Shown here piece after piece: positions 41,331-52,965 of a DNA stretch of 64,000 nt. The notes below the pieces were generated by a model. That model worked only from the letters and a program-made list of their open reading frames with translations, did no database searches and had not been told where the DNA came from. The number at the start of each line of letters is the position of its first letter. Position 1 is the first letter of the stretch. A program made the position numbers and the translations under genes. The stretch is from Camelus ferus (Eukaryota): positions 44,642,001 to 44,706,000 of the forward strand of contig NC_045696.1 in NCBI RefSeq assembly GCF_009834535.1, in the 5' to 3' direction.

Positions 41331-42247
41331 AAAGAATAATGGCATTAAATCTTCTATCAGTTTCGAGAATGAAGGGCTTAAGGCACAAAGAATTTTATTT
41401 AAAATAAAAAGGCCTCTTGAGAGAGCACCAAATTAGCCCTCTTACTTTCATAGATATAGTTAAAGTCTATGAAGTTTAGGAAGATTAAACTCCACAATCA
41501 CTAGTGGAAGAATGGTAATAGCCACCTTTTGTTTAGAGACTATTGTCCACACATTTAGCATCCTTTAATACATTTGACTCTCCTAAATTTTGAAGGTAGT
41601 ACAAAGCTACTCTTTTGTCCACATAGCAGATAAGGAAGCTGAGGTCAGTAACTTGATGAAGTCTGCAGAGATAATCAGAGGCAGAACTGGGATTAAAAAC
41701 TAGAAGTGTTTGATCCAGGGGTTCTTGCAGTTTTGTATGCTATGGTCTGAGGTTGAAATTTAGACATCCTTATTCTTGACCTAGTTCTCTCAAGCATCAC
41801 TGGGCACACATTCCTGACCATCTGAGTGCCTACTCTACGAATATGTCCTGAAGTAGCATTTATTGTGAATTCACTGTCTACCAAACACACTAAGTTAGAT
41901 ACTCTGATGATCCTTCCTAAGATGGGGTTTTTACAGTGAATAAAAAAGCAAATACAACAACATACAGCCAGAAACCTAGCTAATCAAAACTTTGAAAGGT
42001 ATACACATGAAGGATCAAGGGCTGTTGAAGAAATAGCTACTGCTATTCAGCACTTTCCTACACCATGGCCTTCACATGTATTATTTTACTTAAGAAAGCT
42101 GACTTAGACAGGCGAAATAACTTGCTCAGTGTCACATAACTACTAGATCAACGAGCCATAACCCAAGCTCCAGTTTATCTGACACTGAACTCAAGCTCTT
42201 AAGCATTATTAGAGTGCTTGGTGAACACTCAAGTCAGTTCCATGGAC

Positions 42248-42395
42248 AGCAGTAGTGTGCTAGTAGTTTAACAACCAGCTCTCAAAATCAGAAACAAAAA
42301 CAGCTCTGATTTGTAGTGTTTGCCAATTTCTGATTTCCACAGCATGTAAATAATTGCACAGTTGCAATTTCTAGTTGCCAGTGTGACATCACTGA
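42248..42395. mobile_element. MER63-like hAT fragment
   Basis: tttaacaaccagctctc...ctgatttgtagtgtttgccaattt...tgacatcactgaa. Confidence 0.6.
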
Positions 42396-45300
42396 AGGCA
42401 GCATAGAGAAGTGACGTGCACGAGCAGCCCTGGAGAGCCTTCAGCCTCCTGCTGTACCACCGAGGAGGAGAAGCTCAGGCAGCGTGTTAGAAGAGAAATG
42501 GAAGAAATTTGGAGTAATTCTTGGAAAAAGAAGGAGTAATACATGAAGGCTGGAATGGGGATTAGTCTAGTTTTATTCAAAGAAGGTAGATAGGTTGAGC
42601 TAATTGTGGTTAGATTAAATAGAAAATGTGATTTAGGATTGGCTGGGGGTAATTACTTGCTTAAAATCAGCATTCCTGGGCAATGGCAATTTGCTTGAAA
42701 AAAAGATCACGTGTTGATTTATTTCATCTAAAACTTTCTCCAGGCACTTGTCCCAATAATTGCCAAACCTGAAAATATACTTAAAAGACTGAAATTGAAG
42801 CTAGAGGAATCAAAAAGATTGGCCAATATGAATTTCTGCTATTTATCTACTTTTTTCTTTCTTTATGGCAGGGACAACAGCAGACTGAAGATGGTGATAA
42901 ATTGATGGAAAATGAGCCTTAGCAAATATATGGACAATAAAGTTGAAAAGAGTTACTCTGTGCTCACCTTCAAAAGAAGCCCTGAGGAAATACCTGCTTG
43001 TTCGGCAGACTGTCTGAATGTATGTTATATTGACCTTGTATTCAGGGGAACTAAATATACTTGCAAATCTCTCAGAATATTTATTTTGTCACTTGATTTC
43101 ACATCCTGCTAAGCACAGACCAACACCAGCGCTTCCCTTTTCCCCACATCATTAGAGAGTGCATCGGATTATGAGAAGAAAATAACATTAGCTAGTACCT
43201 GCAAATAATGCCTGTTTTCCCTTTGTGCCAGTAATCTAGCCCTTTCAAAGAAGCAAGGATGAAAATAAGATTAGGTTTCCTATGTTGCAGAATGTTTCTG
43301 TTTTTTCCCCTTGATAATCAAAAAGACTTGTTGTACAAAGTCTGGATAGAAAGCAAATTGGTCCTAAGAACCAATTAAAAAATAACATAAAGGAAATGAA
43401 GTAGATTTCTACCATAGATTTTGTTTGTTTGTTTGTTTGCTCCTTGGGGAATGGCCCACATCCCTGCGATTCTGAGGTACTGAAAAGTATGATGCCCACC
43501 TGCCCTCTGGATGCAGGTGGGGCAAACGACTCTGGCCAGGCCAGTCGTGGTCCTGGATCTTCTTATTCACAGAAATTATTCAGGAGATGGGCAAAGCCAA
43601 TCAAACTTTCCCAAGAGTGGGAGTATATCTCTCCCTTTAGGATTTCCGTCTCTGTGAATATAGGCTTAGGTCTGAGGTAAAGATCTTTTCAGCAGGGAGG
43701 GAGCTGTTCTGCAGCAGAGAAAATTGAGAAAACAGTCAGAGACAGGCAAAGGCATGCAGAGCTGAAGTATGAGGAAAGGACAAAGCACCTTGATGACTTT
43801 GCTCAATTGTTTCAATGATGCCATACTGAAAAATAGACACTCTTTGGGGATTCCCAGTCACTTAAACCCGTGAGTCCCCCCTCTTTTTTTTTTTTTTTTT
43901 TTTTTTTTGATTAAGCTATTTGGACTGGGTTTTTGTCACTTTCAGTTGAAAGTATCCTGACCATTACTAAACCTTAGTAAAAATTTCCCCTATGTGATGA
44001 CAAACTCTTGCTGGTTGACTAGGATTATGAAAATAATGTCTCCCAGCCTAAAAACAAAAAAAAGCAGATGGGGGAAATACCAAGAAATAAATTCCCTTTT
44101 AGCCTATATTCTAAGATATGCTGACATATGTTATTTTGTTTTTCTGACCGGTAACTCATCGCTCTTGAAACATCTCTTTCATTGGCACACAGACCACGGT
44201 ACATTCATTCCTTCTTTCATAAATTGTCATGGCTTTATTATTTGACTGAAAACACTGAGCCTTCACAGAAGAAGCCAAAGACAAGGTGCTAAGTTGGGAG
44301 GCAAAGAAAGGAGAAGGAAATGTGATCAAATGTTAGAACTGGAAGGACGAATCAGCACTAGAAAAATAGTCTTCACATTTTAGATTTCATGGCAGGAATT
44401 CAAGCGGATGGTGGAAAATCATCTCAAGATAGAGTAATTTGGGAATTTTTCTTAGACTCTCTGGGAAGATCCCAGAAGTTGAAGATGGTAGGAGGGCAGA
44501 AGTGAGATGATTCAGTTGCTGGTGTGGAGTAACCCAGCCTCTTCTTCTCAGTCAGGCTAAATGAGTATGATTCCCCCGCTATTCACACTTCAAGGTGCCC
44601 TTGACATGCCTTTGCCTTTAAAGGTTGAATTTAGAGTTCGTTTAATCCTGAACTCAAGATTTGACTCAGCCCTGAAAAAAATCTGAGAAATAACCATGGC
44701 CCTTGCTGTCTTTTGAAATATCCTTGAGTCTAGGAAAAATAATGGAGAGTTCTGCTCTTTGGGGACTCTCTTCTCACTTGATGTGTTAAGCAGTCTTGGA
44801 CAGTGTGCATCACTTTATAACCTGGTTGTCATTCTCCATAAAAAGGCAAATCATTTTCCTGTAGAAATGTATCAATTAACTAGTTTTAACCGAATTTCAA
44901 AACTAGAAGCAATAGCCAAACATCATTTAACCTACCTCCCTGCCAGCTAGAACCCATCACAGATTCTGGTGATTTCACTGAAAGTATGTACATGCTAATA
45001 AATCTTTTTATGCACTGGCTTATATAGCTCTTTTAAAACGTACTGTATTTTCTCATAAGCTTTTCACCTTGAGGTTACAATTACTAAGTGAATTTTTTGC
45101 TCTTACAAAGAAAAGTAAACACATTAAACACCTCCGTGTAATGTTAAAATGCTGGACATTAAATTAAATCAAATATTTGTCCTATAGCGCTGTTAGCTGA
45201 ACAGGTTATGAATCATCTATGTTTGTGGAATTGCTTTGAATTATAATTTTGCCAAATCCACCCTGTAAAGAACAAAGCATAAAGAACACTGAGGCTTAAA

Positions 45301-45784
45301 ATCTTGAGTACTGAACCACCTCTGCAGACTTTGCAATATTGATACTGCATCCATAATCATGCCTTAGTGAAATGTGATGCAGAACATTATTAAGAATGTT
45401 TGTTCTGAAAAGAGTCTGGATAAATACACTATATTTAAATATTGATTAATAATGTCTAATATGCATCCAATTTTTTCTTATTATTATTATTATGAGAATT
45501 TGACTAAAACGTTACAGAGTATCTTGTTTATTTACTCTACCAGAAAGTGGTCCATTTGCATTTAAGCGAGAGTGGTACCCATACCTGTGTAAATGTTGGT
45601 TAAGTCTTCTGGCTCCTGGGACCTCAATTACCTCATCTGTCATATGATATAGCTAGACTGGTGCTGAATGCTGAAAAGCTTTAAAGTGTCTAAAGGAGGA
45701 AGTGAAACCTTCAGGCTGCATATCAAACTTCAGCCAAAAGAGCCCTACTTGCATCAGTTTATTAATTACCTTACAAAATAATAT

Positions 45785-46260
45785 ATTATTCATTCAAGTA
45801 TTCATGAATTGATGAACTCATTCATCAACTAGCATGGTGTGACTACTAATGTGTCTGTCTATTCTAGGCAGATAGTAAAGAATAAAACAGACACACGTTT
45901 CTGCCCTCATTGAGCTTTCAATCTAGTTGAGGGGGGCAGACCATATCCAAGATACGTAAGTTAAATACCTATTATGTTATATAGTGATAGAGTTGATGGA
46001 GAAAAGACTGTAGCAGGAAAGGGAGATAAGGAGGGCTGGGGTTAGGGGTTGAAATTTTAAACAGTTGTTCATGGAAAGCTTTGATGAGAAGGTAATATTT
46101 GAACAAATACCTTGAAAGAGGTGATGTAGTAAGCTACACTAGTAACTGGGGAAACGAGTTCTAAGGATTAGAGACAACAAGCGGAAAGGCCCTGATGTGG
46201 GAATATGGAAGGTATATTTAGGAATAGTGAGGAGACTGCTGTGGTTTGAATGGGTCAGAC
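45785..46260 (-). mobile_element. L2 fragment
   Basis: aataaaacagac...ctgccctcattgagctt...ctagttg...gagaaggtaatatttgaacaaatacc. Confidence 0.72.
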
Positions 46261-47782
46261 AAAGGGGAAGTAGCAAATTGGACTTTAGAGTAAGGCTACA
46301 TTAGAAGAAAAAGTTTTGTATTTCAATAAAGATTGAAAACTTTTCATTTACATTACTTACAAGCTCTGGGAAACATTAAAATTCTAAGATTCTTTTGTAT
46401 ATTACATAATCAATGAGACTTCATTCAGTGTTATTAATCTTTTTTTTTTTGCTAATTAATATCACTCTTTAGGGGTTATAAATTTATGCAAGAATTTCTT
46501 CTTAATACTTTCCTGTAAATTCAACTATCTTACTTATTTTAAGGAGAAAGAGTATAGATAGCCTGGGCCTAGTTAGTATTTTATTAATTTGGCTTTCAGA
46601 AGTCCATTAAATCCATGATGATTTGTTTGTTTTAGAAAATCAAATATACATTGTTTTCACATTTCTACAGTCACTATATATCCACCTCAAACTCCTGAAT
46701 GAAAGTATCATAGATCATAATGGCTAGCAGATACATGACAAAACAAGTAGAGAGAACTCTGGAGAACTTCTTGAGATGTAATCAAGTTGCAATTTCCTTT
46801 AAGGTATCAAACATTTGAATAACCACAGTGAGTCACTTTCTGCTTACTGAAAACTGAAATAACTGTTAAAAGTTGAAAACACATAGAGATCTCTGAAAAG
46901 GAACTCTCAAGTTGTAGGGTGAACCCAGACTGTTATAATTTTTGAGTACATTTAATGTACCTACTGAAATCACTGATGAATTTTGAGTGTTTAATACACT
47001 GAGAGTTTTTGGCATCTATTTTATAGTTAGGGTGTAGATTTCATAGTAAAAGAGCTTAGCCAGATTCATTCTCCATTTCTCATGTCTAAGACAGGAAGGA
47101 AAATGACTAAGTGGATTTCTACTTTGACTGAAATAGCTATGAATTTCTCTTTGTACCCAGACATTGAGAGCTCTACAGTCTGAAATAAGAACATAATGTT
47201 TACCATAAGCTTTGAAAGTTTCTGCCCTCCTGAGCTCCAGTCATATGGCTTTATTAGCCAATGCTGTTGAAGATGTGAGCTGCAAAATCTTGTTGAAGTG
47301 ATAACTGATATTATTACTAACAATTTAAGTTCAACAATAAAATTTAAGGGAATATTTCTTGGGAGTATCTGCCCTCCAGTCCATATCTAGAGTCATTCTA
47401 GGAATCATTGACTTAAAAACCTTAGGGTCCAGAAATAAAACACATCTGTTATCTATACCTGTGTAATCTTTGTGCCTTTTGAAAATAGTTATATATTCCT
47501 AGACTTAATATAAATGCCACTTAGCCCTTAATTTCAATTTTTGTCATCAGTGCACTAGGCAAGGCCCTTACTGTCCCCTGCCTGGTCACTCAAAACCTTT
47601 ACTAGTCAGGTTTCTATTCTCAGCATGGCTCTTTTTCTTTTATTCTCATTGATCTGGCAAATGGATTTTTTCACTCTCTTGTTCTGTAGATTGTTTCCTC
47701 AGTTTATATTTGAAAGTTTTCACTGTAGTGACTAGGACTTGACTCATTCTATTTGCCTTTCCTAAACTTTAGTCAGACTAGT

Positions 47783-48334
47783 TGTGATATTGTAAGTTAT
47801 ACTAAGAAATATAATATCTGATTTTGACTTCATTCCTGACACAGAGCTCCTAAAACCTTTGGAATTTCCTAAGTAAGGAGAGTGATAAAAATATCTTTGG
47901 TTATGTTAGTGCGGTGACTTTTGGAAAGCCCCTAGGTCACCTAAGGATGAGGCCTGGTTGCCAGGAAATCCAACTGTGTGATTAGTGGGTGAAACTTTTA
48001 GTCCCATTTCTGGACCTCCTGGGAGGGGAGAGGGGCTAGAAACTGAGTTCAATCACCAGTGGCCAAGAATGTAATCAGCAATGTCTACATAATGAAGTCT
48101 CCATTAAAACCTGAAAGGACTGGGTCCCAAGAGCTTCCAGGTTGGTGAACACATGGCAATTTGGGGAGAATGTGTGTATTCTCCTTCCCCTGTGTTTCTC
48201 TTCCATCTGGTTGATGCTATCACCAGGTAGATACTGTCAAAACTGAGTTTAATTGTGAACATCCAGCTGGTGTCCAAGAAGTGCTTGGTGGTGTGAGAAA
48301 AAACCCACACACTGGAATTGATACCAGAATCACA
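47783..48334 (+). mobile_element. solo LTR (MER21-like, ERVL)
   Basis: TGTGAT...ATCACA termini, 5-bp flanks CTAGT/CCAGT, internal gagctcctaaaacctttggaatttcct and ggaggggagaggggctaga. Confidence 0.85.
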
Positions 48335-49569
48335 CCAGTCCAATCACTGAAGACCCAGTGGAAACACATTTCATCTCCTTATTTCACTCTCCCTGTTATG
48401 TTTCGAGATCTATGTTTTATAAAGAAGAACTCTTTCTCACACCTTATCATTCATACATAAATACTTATAGAGTAACCAGTGTATTTACAAAAGTATTGGC
48501 TAGAAATGTGTAATCATCCATGGGGGGGGGGGTGTGGGGAAGAGGGGAAGAAAGTGAATCAGATTCGTTGCCTGCTCTTGAATTGCATACACATTTTGTT
48601 CAAAAACTAGGGAGGCACAGAAAATACTATGATAAAGGTGGTAAAGAACAAATGTCACCAGCCTCCAAAACCATCTTTGGGAAATTTCATCTCCAGTGGG
48701 AAATTGTTTCCACTAATCAGAAGAAAAAAATCACCTCAACTCTTCAAATGCCTCATCTGCCTCACCTGTTTTCACATACTGATGGGTTAGTACAGATAGG
48801 GCAAAGGTTCCCAGCCTGAGCCTCTGGGGTCCTGAGTTCTGATTTCAACAGTTTCTAAGTAGGGAAGTTGCCTGCTGTGCTATGTCACTACTTTGAGAAT
48901 ACTGTCCTGATTGATGGTGAATTCTTTTATATTGGAAATGCAAAACACTTCTCATGTTTCAGGTAACAAGAAATATGTTTTTCTCTGGTTGAACATTATT
49001 CATTTTATTTCTTGCAATAAGAAGCACTCATTATGATGCTCTGATGCATGACTAAACTGGTAAATATCATTGGAATACTATGTATTCTCAGTTGTAAGAA
49101 AAGCGATTGTGATCCGGATGCAGCTAGAAAATATCCTCCAGTTAAGAACCAGGTCAGGTGAATCCAATCTCCCATTCCCTAGATTTTGAAAGACAAATAC
49201 TCTCTCAACTACATTGTTTTGTGGAGTTTACACCTCAAGATGATTTCTGACTCTGAGCTCTTACTCTAAATTATTTCAGTCTAGAAATGTTCTTGTCATC
49301 ATTTCACATGCACTGAACCTGGCTCATGCAGATAGGGTGCACTGCCTTATTAATCTCCTCAAGGAAAATGTATTTGAGAAGTGGGGCTTTATTAAAGTTT
49401 GGGAAAGATAAAGGAATTTATGTTTAAATCAAACCCCTCCCAACCAAAAGGACAGTCATAAATTCACTGTTAGATATTTCTGATTAGCAAAATGGATAGT
49501 GATAGAAATGAAGCTCTAACATCAAAGTGCTTTAAGTAGAAGGCATTACTTTTTACTATCACTATGAAT

Positions 49570-50460
49570 CACTGTGTGACCTTGGGAAATTTACTTCATG
49601 TCTCTGGGCTTCAGTTTCTTCATGAGTAGAATGAAGATGATAATAGCATCTACCTCAGAGGGTTCTTTTGAGGGGAAATTATTCCATTAATTCATATAAA
49701 TTGCTTAGAATAACCTAATTTCTAGTAACTGTCCAATAACTGTAACTGATTATTTATAAGCTATTTGAAGGGTTTCCACCATTTCTAAACTCATAATTGT
49801 ATTGCTTAGTCCTTGTCCCTTCTTTTCTCAGCATCCCTCTCTACATTCTTATTTCTGTTATTTTGTAATTCTTCATTTTATTTTTATTATATTGTTTATT
49901 ACAGAGTAGTTGCACCATCACTTTTGTGGTCTACCTATATGTGACTAGTGGCTTTTGGAGTTACTGCTCCTAGTGTCTTTTTAAGGCATTTTCTCATACA
50001 AGGACCAATTCCTCTCTAAAAGGAATTCTGGAAGCAACTTACATACAATCATATTTGTCCTAAATATGTGGATGTATAATATACTTAATTCATAGAATGT
50101 ATATCATTTCAATTTAGCTGCACATCTTTGAAGGTGGTACTGTGATGGATTACCACACTTTGATTATAAGAGACTGAGTTTTGCTCAAGGTCACCTGCTG
50201 AATGCAGAGCAGAGATTTTTAACTAGACTCTGATTACTCCCCAAAGCCCAAGCTCCTTCTACTGTATCTAGCCAGTTATTTGTGTGATCTTGTTTAATCC
50301 TCACAGAAATCTCAGGAGGCTGGCACTATTGTTACCACTTTTACAAGTAAGGAAACTGAGCCTTATGTTGAGTTCACCAAAATTACACAGCTGGTAAATA
50401 TCAAAGCCCAAAATCAGAGTGTACCTTTTGCAGCTCTACTTTTTAACAATCATGCTGTGT
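49570..50460. mobile_element. cluster of MIR fragments (about 49570-49740 +, 50130-50270 -, 50285-50460 -)
   Basis: ctgtgtgaccttggg...cttcagtttcttcat; tttaatcctcaca...aggaaactgag. Confidence 0.72.
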
Positions 50461-50912
50461 TAACTCCTACCCCAAAATAAAAGGGATCAGATAGACAGTT
50501 GGGGGGGGGGGGTCCAGGTTAAATACATAGTTAGGATGATTGGTTCAAATACAAGCTACTTAGAGCCACTGTTAAAAGAAAACCAATTCCCTAAAGGAAT
50601 TCTACAGAATCCCATAGGAATGCTAGCAATTCAGCCAAATTTAGCTCATGGAATACTGAATTAAAAGGCATTTGCCTGTAGCATTAGCCTTCCTGTTGGT
50701 TCAGAAGATGCAAATGAAACGTTAACGTTAAAATCAAGCGGGAGAAACTACTTATTTTGAGAGGAAAAATATAAGAGCTCTACTCTAGAATACTGTTAAC
50801 GTAATGTAAGGAGAACCGGGAGGACAAGACTGGCAGGCTTTCGGAAAAAACCACAGCGGAAGACGGAGCTTAATAGTCTCCAGCATGAAAAGATAAAAGA
50901 ATTCAAAGACCA

Positions 50913-50940
50913 GTGTGTGTGTATGTGTGTGTGTGTGTCT

Positions 50941-50983
<43 letters not shown>

Positions 50984-50984
50984 C
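50913..50984. repeat. (TG)n-(CG)n microsatellite
   Basis: Interrupted TG run ending in gcgcgcgcgc. Confidence 0.95.
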
Positions 50985-52094
50985 CCTTGTTTTATTACTT
51001 CTCCTGCTGCCAGCTCCCTCACTCCAATCTAGCTGGTGACTCGAAGCCTTCTGATGAAAGCACAGTATATGACGATTACTAGTTGGCATTCTCTGCTGGA
51101 AACTGGCCTCACACAGGGGTGACCCTGTGATGCACGGAAGGCTATTTAATGCCCTGGCGAAGTGGTTCTGGGACCAAGATTTTATTATGCTTGGTGGATG
51201 AGAGTTGTGATCCCATGTCCCTGATTTAGAGCCACTTAGGGCTCCGATAGCTCCACCCGGGTGTTCTAGAGGAAAATACTCCTTCGCGCTCTCCGCCTGA
51301 TCTGAAAGAGACACAGCGTCCCGATGTTCCGCCTGGGAGGTGGTTCAGTCTTTAGAAATTGCCAGAGAAGCCTGTCCATCTGCTGGGATGCCTGGCTTTC
51401 TGGAACGGACAAGGAGGAGCTTGGCTTTTAATCTGCGTAACCTGAGGATTTACTGTTTGTAACTGAAAATTGCCGCTTAATTCAAAATAAAAGAGACACA
51501 CGTTTCTGGCTTTTGTAGACATTGGGAAAATCCGTGTGACGAAGTATGATCTAGAAATTTCCGATTTAATTTCCCCAGGGAAAGGGTAAACATTTTCTAT
51601 TTGGTACTGGGCAGTAGACTCAAGTGGTCTGCCTATAAAAGAAGGTATGTGAGAGAAGGGGCTGTGGGGGGGAGTAGGGGGGGAATCAGCCTAGTACGTG
51701 GATACCCCACCTGCCCCTCGCCAACCAATAGCTAGCTGTTCCTGTTAATTCCCAGGAAGCAAGTTCCCACCTTTGTCACCTCCTCCAGTCCCTTCCTTCC
51801 TCCTTCGCTCTTGCCCTGATCAGTGCGCGCCCCCGGCAAGCTCCCTACCCCCACCTCCCAGCCCCACTACTCTTTATAGAAGGAGGCTGCAGTATCACAG
51901 CCAAAAAACCCCCGAGAAGTTAGCCAGCGGATGGGCGTCTGGGGGCAAAAGGGCAATTTGGCTTTTCCAACCGCGGCTAAGCTGCGTGGGCAGAGTGAAC
52001 TGAGAGGCCGTATCACGAGGGCAACGGCAACGCCACAGGGAAGTGTCAGTCCCGGGGGCCCCGCCGGCGCGCGCTGCTCCAGTGTCTGCTCCCT

Positions 52095-52150
52095 ATTGGC
52101 GGGCGTGGCCCTGGGGCGGTGCCACGAGAAGGCCCCGCCCACTGGGGCGG
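52095..52150 (+). promoter_or_regulatory. proximal promoter: inverted CCAAT plus four Sp/KLF GC boxes
   Basis: ATTGG 52095-52099, GGGCGTGGC 52101-52109, GGGGCGG 52113-52119, CCCCGCCC 52133-52140, GGGGCGG 52144-52150. No adjacent TATA box. Confidence 0.7.
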
Positions 52151-52375
52151 TGAGACGCCGGCACGCACCTCCCCCGCGAAGTTCCAGAGCTAGATTCAGT
52201 GTCCGATTCGGTCTTGCAGCGCCTCTAGGCTGCGGATCTGGCTCCAACCACCTGCGCTTGGCTCTGCGTCCTGGGAAGCGGGGAGGAGAGAGGAGAGAGG
52301 GAGGAGGCGAGGGGAGGAGGAGAGCGGCAGCTTACACACGCCTTCCAGTCTCTCCAGTCAGAGCAGCTCAGAGAC

Positions 52376-52440
52376 CGCTGCTGGCGCCGCTGCTATCGCT
52401 GCCGCTGCTGTCGCTGCCGTCGCTGCCGCCGCCGCTGCCA
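52376..52440 (+). repeat. imperfect GCC/GCT trinucleotide tract in the 5' UTR
   Basis: ccgctgctggcgccgctgctatcgctgccgctgctgtcgctgccgtcgctgccgccgccgctgcca. Confidence 0.85.
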
Positions 52441-52516
52441 CCTGAGGAGACCGCCTGGACCTGTCGCCACCCCCTGTCGCCACCCCCGGCGGTTCCTTTC
52501 TAGCACTGGGCTTTTT

Positions 52517-52573
52517 ATGCACACTGACACTACCATTATTATTATTATTATTATTCCAAGAGAAGGAAAATAA
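52517..52573 (+). CDS. upstream ORF, 18 aa MHTDTTIIIIIIIPREGK
   Basis: Only ATG between about 52330 and the main start. ATG CAC ACT GAC ACT ACC (ATT)7 CCA AGA GAA GGA AAA TAA. Weak context (T at -3, C at +4). Translation is not demonstrated. Confidence 0.55.
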   Translation: MHTDTTIIIIIIIPREGK

Positions 52574-52892
52574 CAGACCAGCTAAAAAGAACAGCGTCCA
52601 CCTTTACTCAAGTGTCTCCCGGGAAGAGAGGGTCGCCGGTCCCGGGAGGAGCAGCCACAGGGGCCAAGGGCGGGTGTTGAAGGGAAGGCAGGAGGAGTTG
52701 GGGCACTGCGCGGTGGAAAGTTGCGGCCCGCGGAGATCCGAAGGTGCAGCGCCACAGCCCAGGGGGCGGTGTGTCTGGGAGAAGCCGCTGCCCCCTGTGT
52801 CCCGACCCGCGAGCGCGCGGGCAGCGCGAGGCCGAGGACGACGCCCCCTCCTGTTGCGTGGACTCTGAAGGTGGCCCCAAAGGAGGAGGAAT

Positions 52893-52965
52893 ATGGCATC
52901 GAAGGCGGCCCCCTCCTGCCGTCTGGTCATCTGTCTCTTGATCTCCGCTGCAGTCCTCAGGCCAG
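52893..52965 (+). CDS. ALCAM: ALCAM/CD166 coding exon 1 (signal peptide), partial CDS
   Basis: ATG in strong context (A at -3, G at +4) with an in-frame TGA upstream at 52866-52868. Translates MASKAAPSCRLVICLLISAAVLRP+G, which I recognise as the ALCAM N-terminus (human MESKGASSCRLLFCLLISATVFRPG). Ends at the canonical donor CAG|GTGAG (GT at 52966, phase 1). Confidence 0.96.

Larger units (their letters stand above)
52330..52892 (+). other. ALCAM: ALCAM 5' UTR (exon 1 leader; TSS approximate)
   Basis: GC-rich leader between the GC-box cluster and the ATG, resembling the long human ALCAM 5' UTR as I recall it. The exact TSS cannot be read from sequence. Confidence 0.75.

Noticed and set aside
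51931..52503. 190-aa ORF and other overlapping ORFs in the promoter island
   Set aside because: Low-complexity Arg/Pro/Gly/Ala products expected from stop-poor GC-rich DNA; no recognisable domain.
52881..52892. AGGAGGAGGA before the ATG resembling a Shine-Dalgarno site
   Set aside because: Mammalian spliced gene initiated by scanning; the resemblance is coincidental.
52674..52892. Possible non-AUG N-terminal extension of ALCAM
   Set aside because: In-frame TGA at 52866-52868 leaves only eight codons before the ATG.
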